Of a DNA stretch of 64,000 nt, positions 33,207-43,167 are shown in pieces. The position numbers and the translations under genes are program-made. Position 1 is the first letter of the stretch; every line of letters begins with the position of its first letter. The stretch comes from a virus: positions 1 to 64,000 of IMG/VR virus record IMGVR_UViG_3300033145_001047, one strand, 5' to 3'. The notes beneath the pieces were generated by a model. It did not search any database. It was not told the origin of the DNA and was given only the letters and a program-made list of their open reading frames with translations.

Positions 33207-33955
33207 AGCCCGACCGCTTCCTTGAGATACTCGCCGATGTCGCGCTGTTGCACCTTCGACAGGTTCGTCACCACTTCCATCATTGCGCGAAGGTCGTCGT
33301 CCATCGTGATCGTGAGATGCAGCTCACCGCCGTGGGTGAAGTACATGAAGTTCAGGTCCAGGGTGTCGCCGTAGTCGTCGAACAGCTTCGTAAGAATGCT
33401 CCCGAGTTCCTGGACGGTCTGTGCACCTTTCGCCGCCTTCGTGACCTGGGACTTCAACTCCGGGGGGAGGCCGGTCGTCACCTGTCGAATGACGCCCTTG
33501 AGTTCGTCCTCTTCCTGCATGTGCATCATTTTCAGGACGCGCTCTTGCCCGTACTTTTCCTTGAACTGTTCGTAGTGTTTCGTGAACGTCTCGGGGTCGA
33601 TGTTGCCGCGTATCAGGTTATCGCTGAATGCGTCGAGGACCGCGTGGTCTCGCGTCTCGTACTCGCCTATCACACACGGGACGGTCTCCAGCTCCAGGTA
33701 GAGGGCCGCGTCGCAGCGGTGATTGCCCTTGATTACTTCGTAGACCTGCTCGTCTTCGTTCCAGTAGACCTTGATCTCCTGGTCGAATCCTTTCTCTCGA
33801 ATCTTCTCGACCAGCTCCTCGAACGCCTGCTCGGTCATGACGTTCGGATTCTCTGGCAGCTTGCGTATCTTGGAGAGTTCGATGTCCATGCGTTCCAGCT
33901 TCTCGTCAGTGGTGGATTCGGAAGGGACCGGGTCGGCGTCGACGACGGGGCTCAC
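33173..33955 (-). CDS. ParB/Srx N-terminal domain protein
   Basis: NPNVM...L-x-x-x-I-x-x-x-GF...YEVIKGNHR-x-x-AA...N-x-IRG. Confidence 0.8.
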   Translation of the reverse strand: MSPVVDADPVPSESTTDEKLERMDIELSKIRKLPENPNVMTEQAFEELVEKIREKGFDQEIKVYWNEDEQVYEVIKGNHRCDAALYLELETVPCVIGEYETRDHAVLDAFSDNLIRGNIDPETFTKHYEQFKEKYGQERVLKMMHMQEEDELKGVIRQVTTGLPPELKSQVTKAAKGAQTVQELGSILTKLFDDYGDTLDLNFMYFTHGGELHLTITMDDDLRAMMEVVTNLSKVQQRDIGEYLKEAVGLWLEENDTGGA

Positions 33956-34299
33956 TTCGCTGACTCCTGTCTCATGATGAACTCGTCGACGTTCTTCGGC
34001 CTTCGGCGTCGCGCCTCGCGTTCGATCTTGTCGAACATGGTGTCGATGTCCGGCTCGTCAGGTAGCCGCGCTTTCTCTTCGCATTCGCCGAACTGCAGGA
34101 GATGCTTCAACACGCCGACCTCTATCCGAAGTTCGATCACTTGCTCGTGCACGACCTTGAGACTATTCCACTGGGCCTTCTCTTGTTCCTGCTTCGATGT
34201 GTACAGCCAGCCGAGGGCGGTCAGTAGGATTGCTGTCACGAGTCCGAGGAGATAGGTGGGGGCTTTTTCTTTTGTGTACCACTTGGTCCGCATTTCCAC
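33952..34299 (-). CDS. Single-TM protein with coiled coil (holin-like, function uncertain)
   Basis: YLLGLVTAILLTALGWLY TM segment followed by a heptad region. Confidence 0.55.
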   Translation of the reverse strand: MEMRTKWYTKEKAPTYLLGLVTAILLTALGWLYTSKQEQEKAQWNSLKVVHEQVIELRIEVGVLKHLLQFGECEEKARLPDEPDIDTMFDKIEREARRRRPKNVDEFIMRQESAK

Positions 34300-34452
34300 C
34301 AGCTTTTCCTCTCAATCGCTGTTCGATTCTCGACCCGTTCAGCAGGTCGTGGGGTTCGTGAAGAACTCGCTGGTGATTTTCTAACACACCACCATGTAGT
34401 GGTGCAAGATAATACACACGGCCAGGGAAAGTATTTTTTCGGAGGGGGGTCC

Positions 34453-34692
34453 CTATATCTTGTGGCCGACCTTCTCTATCAGGGCCGTCAGCTCCTCGGG
34501 GTGCTCCCGGACGGCCAGCCCTTCCTTGCTGTCGCGGACGAATATCATGGCCCCCTTGACCAGGACCGTGACCGGAACTCCATGCTGTTTCTCCTCTTCC
34601 TCCCACTGGAACGGGGTGATAACGTCTATCCTGTCCAGCCGGACCAGCGTCGGGTGCCCGGCCTTCTTCGCGGTAACCTTCAAGAACTGCAT
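34453..34692 (-). CDS. Hypothetical protein
   Basis: 79 aa coupled ORF ending VREHPEEL. Confidence 0.55.
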   Translation of the reverse strand: MQFLKVTAKKAGHPTLVRLDRIDVITPFQWEEEEKQHGVPVTVLVKGAMIFVRDSKEGLAVREHPEELTALIEKVGHKI

Positions 34693-35033
34693 AGCTTCCT
34701 CCTGTCTATGTACCTGTATCCCCTGAATCCCTTCATCGGCACCGGCTTGATCTCGTGTATCTCCGGCTTGAGCACAGCCACCAGGCCGGGGAACAGGACC
34801 CTACTGTGGTCGCACCGTCTGTTCTCGTCGAAGCCGAGGATTACGTGATACGCTCTGACCGCTCCCTCCCACACGAAGTACATCCGGTCGCCGTGTCCGG
34901 CGTTCCTCGGCTCGGTGGGGATACTCCAAAAGTACATCCAGTCCTCGCCCTTCTTCATCCCCTCGGCCACACGTGCCTCCTCTTCCTCCACCAGCTTGAG
35001 CCGGGTCTTCGGTATCGTCACGACTATGTCCAT
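34680..35033 (-). CDS. Hypothetical protein (PUA/ASCH-like possible)
   Basis: GDRMYFVWEG...PMKGFRGYRY. Confidence 0.6.
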   Translation of the reverse strand: MDIVVTIPKTRLKLVEEEEARVAEGMKKGEDWMYFWSIPTEPRNAGHGDRMYFVWEGAVRAYHVILGFDENRRCDHSRVLFPGLVAVLKPEIHEIKPVPMKGFRGYRYIDRRKLCSS

Positions 35034-35226
35034 CGTTTTCCCTCCGCCTTCTCTATGACCCGCTTCATGTGCTCGGGAGCCTCGTCATACGCGCACCCTG
35101 GGACCCAGTGCCCCTCGACATATTTGAAGTAACACTTCGTCGCGTCGCCGTACGGCTCCTCCCCGTAGGCGTTCGAGACCGCTGTGTTCGTATCGCCTCC
35201 GCAGCCGGAACACGTCAACGGTGGCA

Positions 35227-35982
35227 TCAGTCTCCACCGGCCAGCAGGAGCCCCATGCTCCCGCTCTTGATTGCCTTGAGTACCTTCTTCTCGTCGGCGA
35301 AGAACTTCTTGACACCGGAGTCCAGCTTGCACAGCGACATCATGGACAGGTAGAAAAACTTCGCCGCCTCTTCCGTGTACGGCATCTCCCGAGAATCGTC
35401 CGGGAGCTGTACCTTCTGGAAGCCGTTGAGCAGAAGACCGAACTCACCGAGCACTTCCTCGCCAGCTCCGAAACACATGAGAATATATTCGACTTTCCTG
35501 TGTATCTTCCCCCTCGTGTGGGTCCGCTTCGTGGACAGCTCGGCCATTAACGAGACGGAGTAGTCGTACTCACTGTTGAAACTGTCGGAATACTTGCGCC
35601 CCATCGTCTTCGCCCAATTGTAATAGCCGACGGCATCTTCCATCACGCTCCCGTTCGGATACACGTTTCCCTTCTTGTCCTCGCAGTAGTGACACGTCGC
35701 TCGGACGTGGTACCGAATGACGATCTCCTCGACCGTCTTGTATGCGAGGTACTGCTCCAGCGCACCATCGACCATTCCTTTCAGCTCTATCAGGGACGTC
35801 GCGCTGAACCGAACCCCGCCCCGGTAGTAGTGCGCACCGTCAACATTTCGTAGCTCCTCACGGTATTCCTTCGGAACCATCATATTGAACATGCCGTCGG
35901 TCGTTACGGTGACGGGGACCGAGAACTTGATCTCCTCCCCGCTCTTCGCCTCGTGCTGGAACAAAACATTCCGGAGCTTCAT
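35227..35982 (-). CDS. Hypothetical protein
   Basis: 251 aa ORF with typical codon usage. Confidence 0.7.
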   Translation of the reverse strand: MKLRNVLFQHEAKSGEEIKFSVPVTVTTDGMFNMMVPKEYREELRNVDGAHYYRGGVRFSATSLIELKGMVDGALEQYLAYKTVEEIVIRYHVRATCHYCEDKKGNVYPNGSVMEDAVGYYNWAKTMGRKYSDSFNSEYDYSVSLMAELSTKRTHTRGKIHRKVEYILMCFGAGEEVLGEFGLLLNGFQKVQLPDDSREMPYTEEAAKFFYLSMMSLCKLDSGVKKFFADEKKVLKAIKSGSMGLLLAGGD

Positions 35983-36971
35983 CGTTTCCCTACACCCTCG
36001 AATCCTATGGCCTTACTTGCCCGGACGTGTTCGTCGTGGCCGACCTCCGTCCGCTTCTTCGTCATGACCTCCCGATAGTACACGCCGGTCTCCCTATCGA
36101 AGAAGGGGGAAGGGCACGGCTCGTTCCTCCACTTCTTCAAGAGCTGCTCGTACGTCGCCTCGTCTATCCACTTCTTGATCTTCGGGTCGATCATTGTGTC
36201 GTGATCTCGAAGGTCGCCTCGCGCTCCCCGGTGAAGAACGGCAGCGCCTCTTTCACGAACTCGTCGACGTCGTGCCTGATATAGTTACAGCCAGTGCCGG
36301 ACATGTCTCTCGGGAAGCAATTGGCGAGAGCCTCTACTGTCTTCGGCTGTTCTCTGTCAATCGCCTCCGCTATCCGTAGCGTCTCCCCCTGATAGTCTCC
36401 GGTTATCAGGTGACACGGTCTCCACAGCAGCATCAGCGTCCGCGCCGTCGGATTCCGCCACACGTCGCTCCACTCGTCGCTGCTCTCGATATCGAACCCA
36501 ATCTTGACCGGCAATGTCGGAAGTATACTCACGTGATCTCCTCGGACCAGGCGTCCGCTTCGTCGACCCCGCGCTTCTTGATCTCCGCCTGGGCCATCTC
36601 CTGAATTTCCTCTACCGTGTCGGCCTCGATCACGACGTTGTCCTGGGTTCGGTCGCCGTACTTCCCAGGGATGTCCCAACATATCCGGACTCTCATGACA
36701 GCCTCCTCCTCAGCTCCTCGACCTCTCTCTTCAATCGCTCGACCTCGTTCGTCAGGGAGAATATCACGTTCGGGTACGACAGCTTGTACGCCTCGCGTAT
36801 CTCGTCCTTCAGCTTCTGCTCCGGGCTCTTCGGTGGCTGGTCGGTTATGATTCCCAGGAAGACCGTGTGTCCGCAGTTCGGACATCCGCCCACCGTTCTG
36901 TACGGCGTAACCGTCACGGTCAGCTCGTCCCCGTCGTACCGTTCATGACATCCCTGACACTCTAGTATCAT
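35979..36971 (-). other. Run of four short coupled hypothetical ORFs (35979-36194, ~36191-36532, ~36529-36696, 36693-36971)
   Basis: ATGA/GTGA-coupled short - strand ORFs, one with CxxC pairs. Confidence 0.55.
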
Positions 36972-37795
36972 TTCTTCCCCCTCAGTATGAGTCGCAACTC
37001 TTCACGCTTGTCCCGGAGCATGTGCTCCGTTTCCATCAGCAGTTCTAGAGTTTCCTCCATGCCGTTCCCGCCGTTCTCGATCTCTTCGAGCCGCGCCTTG
37101 ATAGCATCGTCCATGTTCCAGGAGTGGATGTTCACCCCGAGCGTATCGACGAACGTCTGGACGGCCTTGAGTTTCTCGACCCGCTTCTCCATCTCGTGTA
37201 TCTTCGTGTCCGCCCTGTCGACTCGTTCGCTCACCAGCTCGGCGACCTTCCGGCTCACGTTCCATCCTATCTGTTTCTTCTCGTCCTTGAGCAGGAGCCA
37301 GTCCCGCCAGTAGCCGACGTCCTTGCTCCCGATTCTCCCCTCGTATCCTACCTGTGCCCTGGACATCATGACGTACATGAACAGGGAGAGCGGGACCTCG
37401 ATGTTCCGGTAGGGTGCCTTTTTCTTCGTGTACAGTCTGCAGGAGTTCTTCGACGTGACGACCAGCCCCGCATCCTCCGGTATCTCCTCCGGCTGCAGCA
37501 CTCCCCAGGGAGCCGCGAAGTAGAACTCGTTGCAGTACGGGAGGTACGACATCCACTTCTTGTCCTGTATGAAGTCGCGCCGGTTCGACTTGATCTCGTA
37601 GACACACGTCCTCGGGTTCGAGTATGACCGGGCCATTGTCCACAGGTCCATCCGCTCGTGCTTCCCGTACCAGGTGGGTCCTCCCTTGCACTCGGGGACG
37701 CACACGTCCGGGCTGTGACGGACCAGCAGCAGGTTGAGTATGCTCTTCGTCGTCGCGGTCTTGTTCAGCTTCGGATGTTGCTTCTTTTTCGCCAC
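36968..37795 (-). CDS. MmcB-like PD-(D/E)XK nuclease-fold protein
   Basis: RMDLW...YEIKSNRRDFIQDKKW-x-x-YLPYCNEFYFAAP...EIPEDAGL. Confidence 0.75.
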   Translation of the reverse strand: MAKKKQHPKLNKTATTKSILNLLLVRHSPDVCVPECKGGPTWYGKHERMDLWTMARSYSNPRTCVYEIKSNRRDFIQDKKWMSYLPYCNEFYFAAPWGVLQPEEIPEDAGLVVTSKNSCRLYTKKKAPYRNIEVPLSLFMYVMMSRAQVGYEGRIGSKDVGYWRDWLLLKDEKKQIGWNVSRKVAELVSERVDRADTKIHEMEKRVEKLKAVQTFVDTLGVNIHSWNMDDAIKARLEEIENGGNGMEETLELLMETEHMLRDKREELRLILRGKK

Positions 37796-37992
37796 CTGAG
37801 AATCCCCCATACCGCAAGACAAAAATAGACGGCGAAAAGAGCTGCCTGAGCGTACGAGCCGATATAGAAGTCGTACGCCATCCAGGAAAAGTTGGTCACC
37901 GACCAGATATAGAAACACTCACGGCGCTTGTAGATATTCAGCACCACCCCGACAATGCTTAGACATGCAAGAGTCCATGTTGCTGTTATCAT
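37765..37992 (-). CDS. Small PnuC-like membrane protein
   Basis: WTLACLSIVGVVLNI...FYIWSVTN...QAALFAVYF-x-LAVWG-x-x-x-W. Confidence 0.7.
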   Translation of the reverse strand: MITATWTLACLSIVGVVLNIYKRRECFYIWSVTNFSWMAYDFYIGSYAQAALFAVYFCLAVWGILRWRKRSNIRS

Positions 37993-40235
37993 TCTTCTTC
38001 GCCGTACAGGGTGCGCTGATACTTCTCTGCCCGTTTCAAATTTTTGCAAGCATCCTTCCAGTATGTTTCTTTCAATTCTATCCCGATGAACTCCCTGCCG
38101 AATCTCACAGCCTGATATCCTTCCGACCCTATACCTGCAAAGGGCGAGAATACTACATCGCCAGGTGCGCTCCACAATTTAATGCACCGCTCAATCACTC
38201 CAAGCTGTAACGGGCAGAGATGCTTTTCGTCTTCGATGTCCTTGGCGGGCCTCGATGATAATACATCCGATTCTTTAATGCCGCCCTTGCCGATTCTGTG
38301 CGCTCCGTACCAAACAGCAGACGCCCACTGTATCCAATCCTCTCGCGTAATCCATCCGTCTGCATTTCGTTTTTTCACGTCCGGGTGGTCTATCAGGGCT
38401 CGGATAGGCACCTTATTCTCGCCTCGTTTCTTGAATTGAAGAAGGTAGTCCGGCATCGTTCCTGTCAATACTGACGAATCCTTCGCTGCCGTCTTCATGG
38501 CAAGTCCATGATCTTTTGTTCTCGCGGCTTTGAGTTGCGGGTCTTTGTCAATCGTGCGCTCACTCGCATAGATCCAATCGTGATCCTGCAGTAGCCTGAT
38601 TATCTCGCCTCGGAAATCCCGCATTCCAGAATATCCCTCATGCCGCTTGAATACGGGTTCTTGCGTCAGATGAATACAGCATGAACGGCCCGGCATCGTT
38701 ATCCGGTACAGATCGTCAATAAAGAATGAGAAGTGGGCGATTAGCTGTGCGATGGAATTCACGTTTCCGATGTCTCGGCGGCTGTTCGAGTAGGCGTACA
38801 TTCCAGGGAAGGGGGGAGAGAACACTGTCAGGCCGATTGAGTCATCGGCTATCCCCTTCACGGATTCGATGCAGTCCCCGAGAATCATCTTCCAGCCTTT
38901 TCCCTCTTTGATCTTTTCCACATACGCCCCATCATCCCGCTTCGCTCGGTCGCCCTGAATTGTCCGCATGTGCGATGTTATCTCATCCATCATCTCCATC
39001 GACTGTTTCTCCTTCCTCTCGATATTCCGCCGTACCGCTCCCTCAGTTTCGGCGATAATGATATGCGCGTCCACATCTGACTTCTGCCCGAATCGCCAAC
39101 ATCGTCGTAATGCCTGGTAAAATTGCTCATACGAATCCGACAATCCGAGGAATGCGATGTTTGAGCAATGCTGTAGGTTTAGCCCAAATCCAAAAATAGA
39201 TGGCTTGCTAATCAAACAGCGAATCTTCCCCTCCGTGAAATCAATAATCGCCTGTTCCTTTTTCTCAATACTGTCAGCTCCCTTGATTTCGACTGCGTCC
39301 TTGATTGCTTTCGCGGCATCTTCTGATTCGCGGTTCAGGTTGCACCACACAAGCCACTGGTTCTTATCGCCGTTTATGATACTCGCCAGCTTTCCAACCC
39401 TGTCTCCGATGCTGTTCCTTCGCGCTGCCCTACGTTCGTCCATCGTTCTCGCTTCAATCGAGAACAGCATCCCCTTGTCAGGTGTGCCTGGATTCACAAC
39501 ATGCTCGTGGAGTCGTAGGGCAGGAAGATTGAACTTATTATCATCATATCCGAGGTCGGATGGCATTCTCATTGCGATTGACCACGATGCCATCCATTGC
39601 CAGAACTCCGACATCGCGTGTCCTTTCAACTTCCACTTGTGCGTTGTGTTACCGTCTTGGACGAAAAACATTGCAATGATTTCCTTGTTGCTCATTATGT
39701 CGAGGAATTCAGCATGATTCGACAATTCGATTAGATCATTCGGTGCTGGTGTTGCCGTACACGCAAGACGAAACGGAATATGGGACGCGAACTTAATAAG
39801 GTTCTTACGGTACACACCACCAAATGATTTCAGGATACTCGATTCGTCAAGAACAATCCCCTGATAATGCTTTGAGTCAAACTTATCAAGCATTTCATAA
39901 TTCGTTATCGTAATCTTGCTGTTGACATCATCCTGATTCCGGTGGTAGTCGACATGGATATCGAATTTCTGCCCCTCCCTAACCGTCTGCTGAGATACCG
40001 CAAGAGGCGCACATATAAGAACATTGCCTGGGACATGTTTCGCCCATTCAAGCTGTATAGGCGTCTTGCCAAGACCGCAATCTGCAAATACCGCCGCACG
40101 TCCACGCCGAAGCGCCCACCGAACGATATGCTTCTGAAAATCGAACAGCTTCGGATTGAGGATGACGCGATTCGTAATCCCTACCGGCTCTGCATCTACC
40201 CGTTTTGACTTCAAAAACTCGCCATACTTGTTCAT
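37989..40235 (-). CDS. SNF2-like helicase fused to a beta-class (N4C/N6A) DNA methyltransferase
   Basis: DCGLGKT, LDESS, TATPAPN, GLNLQ, QALRRCWRFGQ, then FSPPF and SPFAGIGSEG. Confidence 0.9.
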   Translation of the reverse strand: MNKYGEFLKSKRVDAEPVGITNRVILNPKLFDFQKHIVRWALRRGRAAVFADCGLGKTPIQLEWAKHVPGNVLICAPLAVSQQTVREGQKFDIHVDYHRNQDDVNSKITITNYEMLDKFDSKHYQGIVLDESSILKSFGGVYRKNLIKFASHIPFRLACTATPAPNDLIELSNHAEFLDIMSNKEIIAMFFVQDGNTTHKWKLKGHAMSEFWQWMASWSIAMRMPSDLGYDDNKFNLPALRLHEHVVNPGTPDKGMLFSIEARTMDERRAARRNSIGDRVGKLASIINGDKNQWLVWCNLNRESEDAAKAIKDAVEIKGADSIEKKEQAIIDFTEGKIRCLISKPSIFGFGLNLQHCSNIAFLGLSDSYEQFYQALRRCWRFGQKSDVDAHIIIAETEGAVRRNIERKEKQSMEMMDEITSHMRTIQGDRAKRDDGAYVEKIKEGKGWKMILGDCIESVKGIADDSIGLTVFSPPFPGMYAYSNSRRDIGNVNSIAQLIAHFSFFIDDLYRITMPGRSCCIHLTQEPVFKRHEGYSGMRDFRGEIIRLLQDHDWIYASERTIDKDPQLKAARTKDHGLAMKTAAKDSSVLTGTMPDYLLQFKKRGENKVPIRALIDHPDVKKRNADGWITREDWIQWASAVWYGAHRIGKGGIKESDVLSSRPAKDIEDEKHLCPLQLGVIERCIKLWSAPGDVVFSPFAGIGSEGYQAVRFGREFIGIELKETYWKDACKNLKRAEKYQRTLYGEEE

Positions 40236-40809
40236 CTCTCGTTCGTCTCCCCGCTATGATTCGGCCAGTCGTCGGGGAACTCGATCTCCAGGACCCGTCC
40301 GTCCGCCAGGATTATGCTGCCCTTGATCTTCTTCCCAGTCTCCGGGTCGACCACTCCGTGTCCGCAGCAGCAAGCGTCCGTGAAGACTCCCTCCTGAACG
40401 AGAGCGGTCACGATATCGGCAACACAGGAGTCCACCGGCTTCACAGACCATCGTTCGTCCCCGGTTCCACTCAGGTGTGCGGGGACAACGACGGAGACTT
40501 TCTTCGTCCCGCACTTGTAGTTCTTCCCCTCGATCACTTTCACGGCCATATGCTCACCGCACCGCATAGTTCGCACGTGCCTTTGCTCATCACTCCCCTC
40601 CCTCCCTCCCCTCTTGGGGTGTGGGGGATCTATGGACGAACTGCACTGGGACCTGTTCTCAGAATCGAGACTATGAAAATGCAGAGGTTTTCCCATTGCC
40701 TGTGCAACAGCGTCGATCAATGCTGCGTGTCCCTTACAACAGAATGACCGTGCCTTCCCATCCCAGACATAACTGAACTCTGCCAGTTCTTCACACCGCG
40801 TTGGTTCGC

Positions 40810-41610
40810 TCATCCCTCACCTCCCTTCCTCTTGGGGGCCTGCTGTTCGTTAGCGGTGGTGGGGGTGGCGTCCTTGTAGTAAAACCCTGCGACGTTTCCA
40901 TGCAAACGGCTGCAGTTTTCGCGCATCTCAAACTTGTTATCTGCTGGTGTACAGCTCTCTTTGTGGTTACATCCATCCGCTTTAGGTTCATACCACTTAC
41001 AATTAGAGCACACCTCTCCATCATCCCCCGCTTCTCCGGCCGGGGCAGCACACTTCTTACACGCAGCTACAGCATGTTCCTTGCATATCCTTGTTTCTGT
41101 GCCTCCGTACTTAACGTCTTTTGCTTCTCCGGTTGGGGTGTCCTGCTTGTCTAGGGTGGCGAGGGCATGCGCTGCTATGCGAGCTGCCACACTTACTTCT
41201 CGATTGTCGATTTCTTCCAGCGCCTTCCTCGCACTCTCCAGCTTCCCCTCCGCAGCAGCCAGCTTGGCCTTGTCGAATTTGTGTTCCTCATGATAGGCAA
41301 TGACTGTATCAACAGACATCATCTCTCCGGTGTATTTTGATACAACTTCTCTGAGTAGATCGTTCTCCGCCTCCATCTTTGAATACCGAACCTGTATCCT
41401 GTCAACCTCACTCCGATACTTTGCCCGAGTCTCCCCGCACTTCTCCCGTAGGCTGGCGTTCTCTGCCTTGAGGGTGATTACCTCTTCATCCTTATCAGCT
41501 ACCAACTTGACGACCTTATTGTGTTTCTTTCTTGCGCCCTCCATCACTCCCCTCCCTTCCCCTGTGTTAGCTTCAACCTCCGGCACGTTCCCCATCGGTT
41601 CATCGTTCAT
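40810..41610 (-). CDS. Coiled-coil hypothetical protein with Cys-rich tail
   Basis: 266 aa ORF, lower GC than flanks. Confidence 0.6.
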   Translation of the reverse strand: MNDEPMGNVPEVEANTGEGRGVMEGARKKHNKVVKLVADKDEEVITLKAENASLREKCGETRAKYRSEVDRIQVRYSKMEAENDLLREVVSKYTGEMMSVDTVIAYHEEHKFDKAKLAAAEGKLESARKALEEIDNREVSVAARIAAHALATLDKQDTPTGEAKDVKYGGTETRICKEHAVAACKKCAAPAGEAGDDGEVCSNCKWYEPKADGCNHKESCTPADNKFEMRENCSRLHGNVAGFYYKDATPTTANEQQAPKRKGGEG

Positions 41611-42310
41611 GGTCGGTCTCCTCCGTCGTGCGGTCTTCGATAAGTATGAACGGAACTTTCCATACCCACGGGTTCAGCTTCGAGGGGAGCTTTTTCCCGT
41701 TAATGATGTCCCACAATTCCATGAAAGCGGTGATAGGATACGGAGTCATTTTGTCTGACCGAGACGACGGAGCATACCAGTCCTTCGTGCCGTCCCATTC
41801 TTTGTACAGGCCCTCGGCTCTCGCGCCTTCATCCGTGATCTCCTGCAGCCGCTCCAGGTCGACGACACCGTTCTCCAGCATGAGCCGACGACACCAGCGA
41901 GGCATGTGGATTGACGGCTTGTATCCCTTGTCCTCGAACGGGTTCCCCGGATACTTGTACTCCGGCGTACATCCCACCACCTGGGGTTCGATCTTCGGCC
42001 ACCCCATCCGTCCTCCGGCCTGGTATTCAACGAAGTCCTTGCCGTCTTCCCGTTCCCAAAATGTCCAGTTCTCTCTGATTCGGAGCCAATCTCCGCGCTC
42101 ACCGTATGGACACTTGACCTCGGCCAGGATGTCTTCCTTCGTCCAGTCGTCCGGGCGCTCGTTATATTTCTTGAGCCCCCTCGTCCGCCTGGTCTCCGTC
42201 TTCTCCCGGCGACGTATCGCACCGACTAGGTCGGGCTTGAACAGGATATCCTTCACCCGGCCCTGTCCGCCCATGACGTCGATCATAGTCTTGTCGAGCT
42301 GCTTGACCAT
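41600..42310 (-). CDS. ASCH-like phage protein
   Basis: KTETRR...CPYG-x-x-GD-x-L-x-x-RE...PSIHMPRW...ERLQEIT-x-EGA-x-AEG...NPWVW. Confidence 0.8.
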   Translation of the reverse strand: MVKQLDKTMIDVMGGQGRVKDILFKPDLVGAIRRREKTETRRTRGLKKYNERPDDWTKEDILAEVKCPYGERGDWLRIRENWTFWEREDGKDFVEYQAGGRMGWPKIEPQVVGCTPEYKYPGNPFEDKGYKPSIHMPRWCRRLMLENGVVDLERLQEITDEGARAEGLYKEWDGTKDWYAPSSRSDKMTPYPITAFMELWDIINGKKLPSKLNPWVWKVPFILIEDRTTEETDHER

Positions 42311-42723
42311 ATCAGCCTCCGGTCTTCTCCGCTTTTTCCTCGTCATGGTTCTTGTGATTCTGGTAGCACGTGTTGCATATGTTGGTCTTCCCACAGTGAC
42401 AGTCGTGCCCGTCGTAGTAGTTCTCGTACTTCTTCCCGCAGTCGGGACACTGGAACGAGCCGTCCCTCTTCTTCGCTCCGTGTATGACCGCCGTCTCGTA
42501 TCCCTCCTCGGGGCCGCCGCACTCAGCGCAGGTTACGACATCGTCCGCCCAGGCGTGTCGCTCCTCTCCCTCGACGACATGCTTCCCGCATCCCTCACAC
42601 ACGGCCTCGACCAGCTTGCCGTCTATGGCCGTGATCTTGTACCCTGGGTGGAGTCGGTTGAACTCCTCGACGCTCTCGAACTCGCCGTCGATTTCCTGTC
42701 TCGCCTCTGCTTCGATTCTCACG

Positions 42724-43167
42724 CTATCCCCCTTTGATTCCGATGGTCGCCGCCGGGTAGTTCTTTCGTGTCTCTTCCTCAGCACTTTCCCAACAGCTCG
42801 GACACAGCGTCGCGTATCCGTGGGCCTCCTCGAACGCTATGCCGCAAGCGAGACACCGACGCCCGTTCTGCATGTCGGCATCCAGCTCGGAGAGTCTCTT
42901 GTCCTTGAGTCGTTGCTCGGACTCGCGGACCTTCTTCCGTATGTTCTGCAGCGCCTTCAACGCCCCGGTCACGATGTCCTTCTTGAACTCGGGGAACTTC
43001 TTAATGATGTCGCGGACGTGCATGTCTGCTTCCGTCGCCGCCTTGTCGAAGTCGTTCGACCGGGCCAGCTCCGCGAAGTACACGGCCTTCACCGACTCCC
43101 GGACCTTCTTCCCGGCCCGTCGTCCCTCAGCTCGTCGCTGCTTCCTGCTCTTGAACTGCAGTTTCAC
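42724..43167 (-). CDS. Hypothetical protein with C-terminal zinc finger
   Basis: CLACG...HGYATLCPSC. Confidence 0.6.
   Translation of the reverse strand: MKLQFKSRKQRRAEGRRAGKKVRESVKAVYFAELARSNDFDKAATEADMHVRDIIKKFPEFKKDIVTGALKALQNIRKKVRESEQRLKDKRLSELDADMQNGRRCLACGIAFEEAHGYATLCPSCWESAEEETRKNYPAATIGIKGG

Noticed and set aside
34297-34375. tRNA gene (79 nt cloverleaf, GTTCGATTC on the + strand)
   Set aside because: Arm lengths and T-loop position do not fit a tRNA on either strand. Kept only as an unknown structured element.
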